A DNA stretch of 29,992 nucleotides from a virus. Lineage: Duplodnaviria > Caudoviricetes. This document shows, in pieces, positions 18,871 to 25,798 of this stretch (the stretch's first letter is position 1; every line of letters starts with the position of its first letter). The stretch covers positions 1-29,992 of IMG/VR virus record IMGVR_UViG_3300016667_000580, one strand, 5' to 3'. The position numbers and the translations under genes were made by a program. The notes beneath the pieces were generated by a model. The model had not been told where the DNA came from, searched no databases, and saw only the letters and a list, made by a program, of their open reading frames with translations.

Positions 18871-19026
18871 TTACTTCTTCCGCCCCGCCTTCTTGCCGAC
18901 AGAAGCCTTCATGGCGGCCATGCCCTTGCGGTCGCGCTTCATGTCGGCTTTGGAGCCTTCACGGAAGCCCTTGTCCTTGTCGAACTTGGAACGCTCATAG
19001 GCGGCTTTCGTGACGGCTTTGGCCAT
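18871..19026 (-). CDS. Small highly basic protein
   Basis: 51 aa [20 protein letters not shown]...KKAGRKK; AAGGA RBS before ATG 19026. Confidence 0.65.
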   Translation of the reverse strand: MAKAVTKAAYERSKFDKDKGFREGSKADMKRDRKGMAAMKASVGKKAGRKK

Positions 19027-19133
19027 GCGCTTCTGTCCTTGGTAGTGGGTTTGAGGGGCGTCAACCATTGGTGATTGGGTTATCCGTAATGATGGCGTGT
19101 TACAATTCGTGAACACGATTGTTCATTTCGCTA

Positions 19134-19162
19134 TGGACAATGACCAGATTTGGTCATATGTT
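19134..19162 (+). promoter_or_regulatory. Sigma70-like promoter with a palindromic operator in the spacer
   Basis: TGGACA-17 bp-TATGTT; inverted repeat ATGACCA-gatt-TGGTCAT at 19140-19157. Confidence 0.7.
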
Positions 19163-19188
19163 AGCCTCATCAACAACGGAGCAAGCAC

Positions 19189-19515
19189 ATGACATACACC
19201 GTCATCAACCATCAAGGCGACGTGCAAACCGAAAGGGCTAACCTTCGCGAAGCCGCGCAAACAATCCTGTGGCACGATAACCACGATTACGAAATCCGCC
19301 GTGACGAAAACGGCTTTGTCCTTTGGCACACAATACGCGGAGGCGGCGGGAATGTCCCTCTGACGGCAACGCGCATCTATTCGGTCGAGACAGATAAGTC
19401 GAAGGCGGAAGTCGAAATCTTCGAAAAAGTCCTTCGCCACGCTGATTGGTTTGGAAACCAGCAGGCGATGACCGACGCTGAATATGCGCAGCTTCTCAAA
19501 GATGCGGCAGAATGA
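19189..19515 (+). CDS. Hypothetical moron protein
   Basis: 108 aa with GGAG RBS; ATGA-coupled to the HTH gene. Confidence 0.75.
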   Translation: MTYTVINHQGDVQTERANLREAAQTILWHDNHDYEIRRDENGFVLWHTIRGGGGNVPLTATRIYSVETDKSKAEVEIFEKVLRHADWFGNQQAMTDAEYAQLLKDAAE

Positions 19516-19694
19516 CACCCACCACCTTCACCGCATGGCGCGAACGGCTTGGACTCAACACAGTTCAGGCCGCTAAGGCTTTGGGATGCTCCAGAACCAC
19601 CATACAAGCCTACGAGGCCGGCCGGTCGCCTATCCCTAGGTATGTTGCCCTAGCCTGCGCTGCCCTTGCTATGGGGCTTCCGCCGCATCCGTAA
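19512..19694 (+). CDS. XRE/Cro-family helix-turn-helix regulator
   Basis: WRERLGLNTVQAAKALGCSRTTIQAYEAG..PIPRYVALAC. Confidence 0.88.
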   Translation: MTPTTFTAWRERLGLNTVQAAKALGCSRTTIQAYEAGRSPIPRYVALACAALAMGLPPHP

Positions 19695-19738
19695 TGATGG
19701 CGGGATAGAGAGGGAGGGGCGCGCCGGCAATTATCACC

Positions 19739-19766
19739 TTGACATAGTACCGGATATTAGTAGGAT
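19739..19766 (+). promoter_or_regulatory. Transposase promoter with the -35 inside the left IR
   Basis: TTGACA-16 bp-TAGGAT, then AGGAG and ATG 19787. Confidence 0.55.
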
Positions 19767-19786
19767 GCAGGGCATAGGAGTTAGCT

Positions 19787-20293
19787 ATGTCCCAACTGTC
19801 CAATCCGATCTTTCACGACGAACAAGCCGCCCGCGAGTGGCTTGAGGCTCGTGTTTGGCAGAACGGCCCGGTTTGCCACCATTGCGGCACCGTGGGCGAA
19901 GCTACCTTGATGAAGGGCAAGACAACCCGCCCCGGCCTCTATCAGTGCAACGCCTGCCGCAAGCCGTTCACCGTCACCATGGGCACCCTCTACGAGTCGT
20001 CCAAGGTTCCGCTGCATACGTGGCTGGCGGTTACTCATCTGATGATGTCGAGCAAGAAAGGCATGAGCGCCCTTCAAATCTCGCGCATGATCGGCAAGCC
20101 CTACAAGACCGTCTGGTTTCTTTGCCATCGCATCCGCGAAAGCCTCAAGGCTTCCCCGGACGTGACCCCCATGGGCGGCCCCGGCAAGGTTGTCGAGGCC
20201 GATGAAACCTATGTGGGCGGCAAGGCCAAGAACCGCCGGTATTCCCCTTGCCTGCAAGGGAGGTTTTCACAAGGCCTCAAACGCTTCTTGTGA
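19787..20293 (+). pseudogene. IS1595-family transposase, C-terminally truncated
   Basis: Zn ribbon (CHHC...YQCNACRKPFTV), HTH (KGMSALQISR) and first catalytic motif VEADETYVGGK are present. Similarity ends after KAKNRR and a stop follows, so the remaining catalytic residues are missing. Confidence 0.88.
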
Positions 20294-20451
20294 ACACCCT
20301 AGCGGGGTCTGTCTTGGGGCGCTGATGGCGGTTCTAGAACGCCAGAGGCGGGCCGATGCTAGCCGTGAACGACGGTTATTCGTTCGACGGCGCGCTCACT
20401 AACGCAACTCCTTCACCGGATTGCGCGCGCGTGATCCGAGGGCAAAGCGCG

Positions 20452-20544
20452 ATGCGCTCCAAACCTCGAATTACTGTGGAAGTAAAGGTAAACCTAGCTT
20501 CGTGCCTTTGGCCGGTGCTTTGGTTCATCAGCCTTTACGTTTGA
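20452..20544 (+). CDS. 30-aa peptide with hydrophobic C-terminus (type I toxin-like)
   Basis: MRSKPRITVEVKVNLASCLWPVLWFISLYV; GAGGG RBS; strong hairpin immediately downstream. Confidence 0.45.
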   Translation: MRSKPRITVEVKVNLASCLWPVLWFISLYV

Positions 20545-20886
20545 ACCACGACGGGAGCCGGGCTTGCTCGGTTCCCGTTCCTTGTGAATCGGCCCCGACT
20601 TGACCGCCGCGTCTACGGCGCGTTCGAATGCGGCCCAAAGGGCATCCTTGTTTTCAGGGACGCTATTCACCCCGGCGGCAGCTAGGACGATTCCGGCAAT
20701 CTCTTGAGCCGTATACGGGCCGACATCGAGGCCGGGCATTTCACGCTTCAAGGCGGCGGCGGCAACAAGAACTTTGCGCGGATCGACGCCCGCAGGCGCA
20801 CTCACACCGCGAGCGCCAACCGCCCAAGTAATCGTCCCATCGGAATACGAAGCTACCGGCCTGTCACGCGATGCGGACTCCACCAT
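20494..20886 (-). CDS. IS passenger hypothetical protein
   Basis: 130 aa starting just inside the right IR; contains WAAFERAVDAAVKSGP. Start and 3' end are uncertain. Confidence 0.45.
   Translation of the reverse strand: MVESASRDRPVASYSDGTITWAVGARGVSAPAGVDPRKVLVAAAALKREMPGLDVGPYTAQEIAGIVLAAAGVNSVPENKDALWAAFERAVDAAVKSGPIHKEREPSKPGSRRGSNVKADEPKHRPKARS
20551..20578. terminator. 12-bp hairpin between convergent passenger ORFs
   Basis: ACGGGAGCCGGG-CTTG-CTCGGTTCCCGT. Confidence 0.55.
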
Positions 20887-20962
20887 TTGCGCCTACTATG
20901 TCAAAGTGATAATTGCCGATGGCGGGATAGAGAGGGAGGGCGAGGCCTCAACCTCTGTGAAT

Positions 20963-21035
20963 TGGCTCCCCGGCTGGCGTTTGACGTGCCATTCGCGGGG
21001 ATTACTCAACCCACTACTAGGCCGCTAGCCGGGAA
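20963..21035 (-). ncRNA. 73-nt tRNA-like structured RNA ending in GCCA
   Basis: 5' TTCCCGG pairs with CCGGGGA, followed by GCCA; internal hairpins are present; no canonical T-loop. Confidence 0.4.
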
Positions 21036-21065
21036 CTCGTTGCCCGTTCGGGCGAAATCGAAAGC

Positions 21066-21371
21066 CTACCGATAACAGAACAGGCCAAACCGCTTGGGAT
21101 AGCCACGCATATCTTCGAATCTCTCCGGCGTTATATCCGACATCCACCAATGGCAGTTGTCGAAAACAATTTCGGGTCCGTTGTCCGGCATGTAAATCAG
21201 TTCGCTTACCCGGAACCGACCGCCAGACACGTAAATCTTGCCGCCGACACTCTTGATGAAGTCGCCGCTATCCTGATACGGCTTGCCGTCGAGAAGCGCC
21301 TGAATGCCCGCTGTGTCATCGTGGGTTCCGTCGCCAACAATTTCGGGAGTTGCCTTGCCCATCGGCCCCAC
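21066..21371 (-). CDS. Short protein with a tailspike/pectate-lyase-like N-terminal motif
   Basis: GDGTHDDTAGIQALLD...KIYVSGGRFRVS; only 101 aa. Confidence 0.6.
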   Translation of the reverse strand: MGPMGKATPEIVGDGTHDDTAGIQALLDGKPYQDSGDFIKSVGGKIYVSGGRFRVSELIYMPDNGPEIVFDNCHWWMSDITPERFEDMRGYPKRFGLFCYR

Positions 21372-21417
21372 GAATCACAAAAGCGCCATTACGGCGCATG
21401 ATTCCACCTTGCATTTG

Positions 21418-21447
21418 ACCCTACACCCAAGCCGGTATGGCCGTCAA
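21418..21447 (-). promoter_or_regulatory. Putative late promoter (pR'-like position)
   Basis: Minus strand TTGACG-18 bp-TAGGGT, overlapping the stop of the late-regulator gene. Confidence 0.5.
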
Positions 21448-22118
21448 GCGTCTGCCAGAACAATTTCACCGCCCACGACACGAATTTCGATCTTCCGGGT
21501 CAACGGCTTGATAACCCGCTCGTATTTCGGCGCACGAACCGCCCTGCCCTTGGCAATGCCGAAATGATCCACAAGCACGTCGAGCGCGTCCCGAAGCGCC
21601 TGATAGGCGTCGAGCCTTTGCCTGCGGCTGGCCTCGTAGCCGTAATGGGTGTTCAGCCACGGGAGAAATGATCTTTCTTCCCCCACGATAGCCCGGATCA
21701 TGGTATAGTGGCCTCCCAACGCCAGAGACGCCCGAGCAAGCGCCTTGTAGGCGTCGGCCTGCCCTTCTGGAATGCCCCGATAGCTGAATGAGGTATCCAC
21801 CCGAGGGGCGGAATAGTCGATGGATTGAGCCGTGGTCATTTCGGCCCGCTCGTAAATCGCACGGAACCTCTCCCCGGCCTTTAGGCGGGCCTCTGCGTCG
21901 GAAAGCCCCTCTGATTGGGAGTGTAGCCGCCCCCGTTCAAAGATCAGCGCCAGCGGGCTTCTGTGGGCGTTCCTGAGCACGTTGACCTTGGCTCCCCTCT
22001 CGTAAGGGTCGTCCACGGTATCCGAGACTAGCTCGAATTGCCCGTTGCAGCCAGGAAGGCTGACCGGCTTCACCTTGGCTTTCCGACCTACCCGTTTCGG
22101 CGCGCTGATGGCTGTCAT
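21444..22118 (-). CDS. Putative late-gene regulator (Q-position protein, DUF6456-like)
   Basis: DDPY...SPLALIFERGRL...AGERFRAIYE...IDYS.PRVD...LRDALDVLVDHFG; last early gene before the late promoter; AGGAG RBS at ATG 22118. Confidence 0.65.
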   Translation of the reverse strand: MTAISAPKRVGRKAKVKPVSLPGCNGQFELVSDTVDDPYERGAKVNVLRNAHRSPLALIFERGRLHSQSEGLSDAEARLKAGERFRAIYERAEMTTAQSIDYSAPRVDTSFSYRGIPEGQADAYKALARASLALGGHYTMIRAIVGEERSFLPWLNTHYGYEASRRQRLDAYQALRDALDVLVDHFGIAKGRAVRAPKYERVIKPLTRKIEIRVVGGEIVLADA

Positions 22119-22126
22119 GAAGGCTC

Positions 22127-22267
22127 CTAATTGTGAATCCGCGGGAGCTTTGTGTGCTTGATCTTCCCGCAACACTGGCATTCGAAGATCGGAAGCATCA
22201 CAAAGTCTGAGCCGACCGCCAGATATTCATGCCATCCAAACCGGCACATCAAACGGCGAAACCACAT
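22127..22267 (-). CDS. 46-aa Cys/His zinc-binding-like protein (not in ORF track)
   Basis: MWFRRLMCRFGWHEY...FECQCCGKIK...; AGGAG RBS. Confidence 0.65.
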   Translation of the reverse strand: MWFRRLMCRFGWHEYLAVGSDFVMLPIFECQCCGKIKHTKLPRIHN

Positions 22268-22276
22268 GAAAGGCTC

Positions 22277-22690
22277 CTATGGGGCGGACAAAACTTGGTT
22301 GGCGGCTTCTCGAATGAACCGCGCCGCGTCATCTTTTTTGATGTCGCGCCAGCCGAAAGCGAGGCCCCAGTTGTTTATTCTGCGGATTGCTTCTTCGACT
22401 ATCTGCCCAGCCTGTTCCGCAGCCTTGCCCGCAATCTGCCGTTCAAGCAGCCTTACCGAGTCAACGTCGCACTCAACTCCAATGGTCCAGACATGCCGGA
22501 CATTAGCGAACGGGTCAGACGCATCCTCCGGATCAATCTTTTGATAGGACGCCATCTTTTCAAGGATTTCCTCAGCTAACGCACGAGCAGCGCCGCTGCG
22601 AATGTGATTCAGAAAGCCAGCCTCTTTCGCAAAAGCTTTCTGCTCGCGAATGCTTACAAGTTGAGAATACGAAAGAATTTGCGTCGCCAT
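22277..22690 (-). CDS. Hypothetical protein (nin-like region)
   Basis: AGGAG RBS before ATG 22690; tightly packed with neighbours. Confidence 0.7.
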   Translation of the reverse strand: MATQILSYSQLVSIREQKAFAKEAGFLNHIRSGAARALAEEILEKMASYQKIDPEDASDPFANVRHVWTIGVECDVDSVRLLERQIAGKAAEQAGQIVEEAIRRINNWGLAFGWRDIKKDDAARFIREAANQVLSAP

Positions 22691-22699
22691 GCTCAACTC

Positions 22700-22942
22700 C
22701 TATGGGGCGGGGGCGCGATATTTACGGACGACCTCGCGGATCGCGGCAACAAGATCATTTGTCGTGAGTGTTTGCCATTCAGGCTTATCGAAAGCGTCAG
22801 CTAGTCCCGAAAACAAGCTCAGCGCTCCTTCGCTCAGCATCCCCACCAGCCTCTTGCACACTCCCCCGTTCTCTATTGCGCATTGGCAATTACGACAGGA
22901 GGAAAGGCTATGCGAAGCCGCGATCTGTTCGGCTGTTTTCAT
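22700..22942 (-). CDS. Hypothetical protein with a Cys cluster
   Basis: 80 aa, CRNCQC....C; ATGA overlap with the upstream gene. Confidence 0.65.
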   Translation of the reverse strand: MKTAEQIAASHSLSSCRNCQCAIENGGVCKRLVGMLSEGALSLFSGLADAFDKPEWQTLTTNDLVAAIREVVRKYRAPAP

Positions 22943-23268
22943 TGCTGTTTTCCTTGGCGAATTTCTGCTATTCTGTCAGCGATGATTTTACGCAATGCGG
23001 CCTCTGCATCGTGCAGGCATTGGAAGAACCAATCGTCCTCGCCTTCCGCCAGCACCGGCCCACGCCTGCCCTTCCTGATTGACCAACCGGATCGGTCGCC
23101 GTCATAGTCCTTGACGTAGGCCCACAAGCCGCAAACCTGAAATACGGCAGACTCGCCAGACCAATGTTCCGTAAACCGCCATTTCAGCTTCGACGCATCT
23201 TCGGCATATTCAAAACGCGGCAGTTTGGAGAGGCTATGGCCGGAGGCGATTTGTTCAGCGATTTTCAT
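22939..23268 (-). CDS. Hypothetical protein
   Basis: Preferred start is ATG 23268 (MKIAEQIASGHSLS) with GGAGG RBS. Confidence 0.65.
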   Translation of the reverse strand: MKIAEQIASGHSLSKLPRFEYAEDASKLKWRFTEHWSGESAVFQVCGLWAYVKDYDGDRSGWSIRKGRRGPVLAEGEDDWFFQCLHDAEAALRKIIADRIAEIRQGKQQ

Positions 23269-23461
23269 GAGTGGCCTCCGGAAATTGCAGAACGTCGTCC
23301 CATGAAAATTCCAGTATGTCGCCGAGCATTTCATCGCCGACAATCCGCAATTCTTTTGCGCTTTCCGGCACTGGCCCATCCATGCTTTTCAGCCACAACC
23401 ATACGGCTGTTTGGATGTCGGAGCGGGTCAGTTCGTATTTTCTGGCAATAGCTACTTTCAT
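23255..23461 (-). CDS. Hypothetical protein
   Basis: 68 aa; GGAGGG RBS; abuts the upstream stop. Confidence 0.6.
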   Translation of the reverse strand: MKVAIARKYELTRSDIQTAVWLWLKSMDGPVPESAKELRIVGDEMLGDILEFSWDDVLQFPEATHENR

Positions 23462-23698
23462 TCACCCCTCCCCTGCGGCAATCATGGCGCGGTAGATGGC
23501 TTCTGACGAAGCTGGATTCCGCTCGTCATATGCCAGCCTGCACTCGTCACCAGCGTCTATCATCGCTTCTGTCGCCTCTCTCGGCACGATTGCAAAGCCA
23601 GCAGAGGAAAGGGCGGAGAGGATGGCGGAACTCATCACGCCCGGCGCTTCCGCGTCGTAATCGACAAGCGTGTTTTTAATCACATCTACCGGCTTCAT
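23462..23698 (-). CDS. Hypothetical phage protein (VPREATEAMIDAG...IYRAMIAA family)
   Basis: Common phage accessory motif; ATGA overlap. Confidence 0.7.
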   Translation of the reverse strand: MKPVDVIKNTLVDYDAEAPGVMSSAILSALSSAGFAIVPREATEAMIDAGDECRLAYDERNPASSEAIYRAMIAAGEG

Positions 23699-23901
23699 GC
23701 TGCTTCCCCGCTATCGACACGGCGCAGAAACCCGCGCTTTTCATTGCCAAAGTTGCTGACGGCCAATTCAGTCACACAACGCTGCCGAGGCCGGGCATTT
23801 TCCAGCCACAGAACCGCGATTCTGCCAGCCTTTCGCAATTCAGTGACTCGCAATATACGCCCATCACGGGCCTTCCAACGTGAACCGATTTCAGGCTTCA
23901 T
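23695..23901 (-). CDS. Hypothetical basic protein flanked by 19-bp direct repeats
   Basis: 68 aa; ggcttcatgctgcttcccc at 23691-23709 and 23894-23912. Confidence 0.65.
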   Translation of the reverse strand: MKPEIGSRWKARDGRILRVTELRKAGRIAVLWLENARPRQRCVTELAVSNFGNEKRGFLRRVDSGEAA

Positions 23902-24659
23902 GCTGCTTCCCCTTCAAGGGATAGGTTGAGGGATTTCAGAGCCGCAGGAGATAGCTTGATCTTGGGAGGCTCTTTGGCCGCTTCGCGTTCTAGCCATTCG
24001 TTCGCCCGGTCTTCCATCTGCTTTTCGGTCAAGGGGCCTTCCGGTGGCTCTAGGCTGTCCGCCGCGTGGCTCTTTTCGTTCGGCGGTCGTGCGGCCTTGA
24101 GGATTGCGGCAGTCTCCGCAGCGAACGCCAGAGCGGCCTTGCGCTTGGCATCGTCAACCGGCATGCGGTTATCAATGCGGGCGTCTAGCACTTGCTGGAT
24201 GCGCCCGCGTTCGATGAACGCTGCATCTGCCAGCCACATCGCCCGCTTGCGAATTTCACCCGGCGTCGGCATCCACTTTCCATCGCCAACCGCACCCGAG
24301 CGATAATCCCGACACGCCTGCGACAAGGCCGCAGATGGAACGCCAGCAAGGTCCGAAGTGTAGATTTCCAACCGCGCCCTGTGGTCCAGTTCCTCGCCAC
24401 CGCGAACCGACATGACTTCAAACATCGCCGCAACTTCCATTCGGGCACGATCAGGGCCAGCCGGGGCAAGCCAGCTATCGAGCGCAGAAACCCGCCTAGC
24501 GAAATACGCCCGCTGTTCGGGCAACGGGGCCAGATGTGCCGGGATAGTCCCCACCAGACCAACCCGTTCGATCCCTGCCACCATTCGCGTCAGGCCATCC
24601 GCCGCCCTCTGCGGCAACGGAGCTAACGTCGATGATTGATGGATCGTGATGGCGTTCAT
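23898..24659 (-). CDS. Replication protein at the lambda P position (helicase loader-like)
   Basis: Preferred start is ATG 24659. Y..DL..VP..AL..AC..YR...WMPTPGEIR motif; directly follows the initiator gene. Confidence 0.6.
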   Translation of the reverse strand: MNAITIHQSSTLAPLPQRAADGLTRMVAGIERVGLVGTIPAHLAPLPEQRAYFARRVSALDSWLAPAGPDRARMEVAAMFEVMSVRGGEELDHRARLEIYTSDLAGVPSAALSQACRDYRSGAVGDGKWMPTPGEIRKRAMWLADAAFIERGRIQQVLDARIDNRMPVDDAKRKAALAFAAETAAILKAARPPNEKSHAADSLEPPEGPLTEKQMEDRANEWLEREAAKEPPKIKLSPAALKSLNLSLEGEAA

Positions 24660-25386
24660 TCGACTCTCGCATTTTTTCGACAGCGTACCGAAGCATGGAT
24701 TGCGGTTTGGGCTTTGCAGGCGGGCCGGTCGATGGCTTCGGGGCCTCATGAGCCTGCCGGATGGCCGGTTCGATGTAGGCCAGCGATGCTCCCGGCTTGC
24801 GGGCCAAGACTTCCCGCGTCACCGCAATGCAGATTTCGGGTTTGTAGCCGTTCGCCAGCCAAACAACCGCCTTGCCCGTGTCGGGGGGCAATCGGCCTGC
24901 CGCCGTGAAGCACCCGGCTATCTGCGAACGAAACTCGGCTTCGCCCGCGCGCGCAGCTTTCTCGTTAGAGAAAGCATCTGTATCTGTATCTGTATCTTCT
25001 CTGGGCGTTTCCGTGCGTTCGGTTGCGTTCGGTTGCGTTCGGTCGGCCTTTTTGTTTTCACGCCATGCCTTTGCGCGTTCGGCTCCGCCGTCTTCACGCT
25101 TTGGCTGGCGCTTCTCCCACCCGCTCAACTTATCCCCGTCGAGCGTCTTGCCCTGCATGGCCTCCCTGATGGCCGCCACGTCGCAAGGTTCCATATCTAG
25201 CGCCGCACCTACGTCCTCATCATTCCAGCCTTCCAGCGCGCCCCTATTGGCCGCCTGCCCCGCGTTCGTCATCATGTGGACGAACACGGCCAGAACCTCC
25301 GCAATCGGGCGCTTCGCCCGCTTGGCGATGACCCGCCATTTCGGATCGTTCGGCATGTCTTCCCAGAGGCGCACCCAATTGCTCAT
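24496..25386 (-). CDS. Phage replication initiator (lambda O-position, replisome organiser-like)
   Basis: Preferred start is ATG 25386: [45 protein letters not shown] linker, internal iterons. Confidence 0.8.
   Translation of the reverse strand: MSNWVRLWEDMPNDPKWRVIAKRAKRPIAEVLAVFVHMMTNAGQAANRGALEGWNDEDVGAALDMEPCDVAAIREAMQGKTLDGDKLSGWEKRQPKREDGGAERAKAWRENKKADRTQPNATERTETPREDTDTDTDAFSNEKAARAGEAEFRSQIAGCFTAAGRLPPDTGKAVVWLANGYKPEICIAVTREVLARKPGASLAYIEPAIRQAHEAPKPSTGPPAKPKPQSMLRYAVEKMRESNERHHDPSIIDVSSVAAEGGGWPDANGGRDRTGWSGGDYPGTSGPVARTAGVFR
24976..25043. repeat. Probable replication origin iterons inside the initiator gene
   Basis: TGCGTTCGGT three times in tandem (25014-25043), next to ATCTGT three times (24976-24993); a related GCGTTCGG lies near 25075. 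Confidence 0.65.
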
Positions 25387-25661
25387 ATTTGCAGTGCCTC
25401 CTGCACGGGTTTTGTGGGCTGTTGTAGGGGAAGGCGCGGACGCTTGAGTTCGTCGGCGATGCGGCGGCAGGCAATGTCGAAATACTTGGCCTCCCGCTCG
25501 ATGCCATAAAACGCCTTGCCCTTGCGGACACATGCAACGCCGGTCGTGCCCGATCCCATAAACGGGTCTATGATGGTCCCAAACTCCCCAAGCGTCGGGA
25601 GTATGTCCATCATGTCGCCTAGATAGAGCGTGACGCCCTCTGCGAGTTCTTCAACCCTCAC
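25383..25661 (-). pseudogene. Beta-class N6A/N4C DNA methyltransferase with in-frame internal deletion
   Basis: N-terminal VTLYLGD..DILPTL is joined directly to [15 protein letters not shown]...[15 protein letters not shown]; no DPPY motif or target-recognition domain; 92 aa. Confidence 0.8.
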
Positions 25662-25798
25662 GGCCCCACTCCCCCGCCTACATATTCCATGAGAACAGAC
25701 CAGACGCCGTGATGACCATGCAGGGGCGAGACATAACGCCAGCCGTGCATTTCAAACTCGGCAATCTCTGCAATGCGGACGTAACGGAAGTATCTCAT
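25658..25798 (-). CDS. 46-aa hypothetical protein (not in ORF track)
   Basis: [46 protein letters not shown]; ATGA and GTGA overlaps at its ends. Confidence 0.65.
   Translation of the reverse strand: MRYFRYVRIAEIAEFEMHGWRYVSPLHGHHGVWSVLMEYVGGGVGP

Larger units (their letters stand above)
19082..19702. repeat. 16-bp direct repeats ATCCGTAATGATGGCG bounding the two-gene moron
   Basis: Identical copies at 19082-19097 and 19687-19702. Confidence 0.9.
19726..20917 (+). mobile_element. Defective IS1595-family element with passenger DNA
   Basis: Terminal inverted repeats: GGCAATTATCACCTTGACATAGTA (19726-19749) versus the reverse complement of 20894-20917, GGCAATTATCACTTTGACATAGTA (23/24 match). 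Contains an IS1595 transposase fragment. Confidence 0.88.

Noticed and set aside
19080-19088. TTATCCGTA (and TTATGGACA at 28802) as DnaA boxes for the fusion protein
   Set aside because: Each has two mismatches to TTATCCACA, which is within chance expectation. I did not do an exhaustive scan.
19718-19725. GGCGCGCC as the IS target-site duplication
   Set aside because: Not repeated after the right IR, which is followed by GATGGCGG.
19781-20257. 158-aa minus-strand ORF
   Set aside because: Antisense shadow of the IS1595 transposase.
20963-21035. Canonical tRNA gene
   Set aside because: Lacks the GTTCRA T-loop and a standard 7-nt anticodon loop; kept only as tRNA-like.
24660-25533. Extended N-termini given by the ORF track for the initiator (25533) and loader (24749)
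   Set aside because: The extensions overlap upstream genes; internal ATGs with coupling or an RBS fit better.
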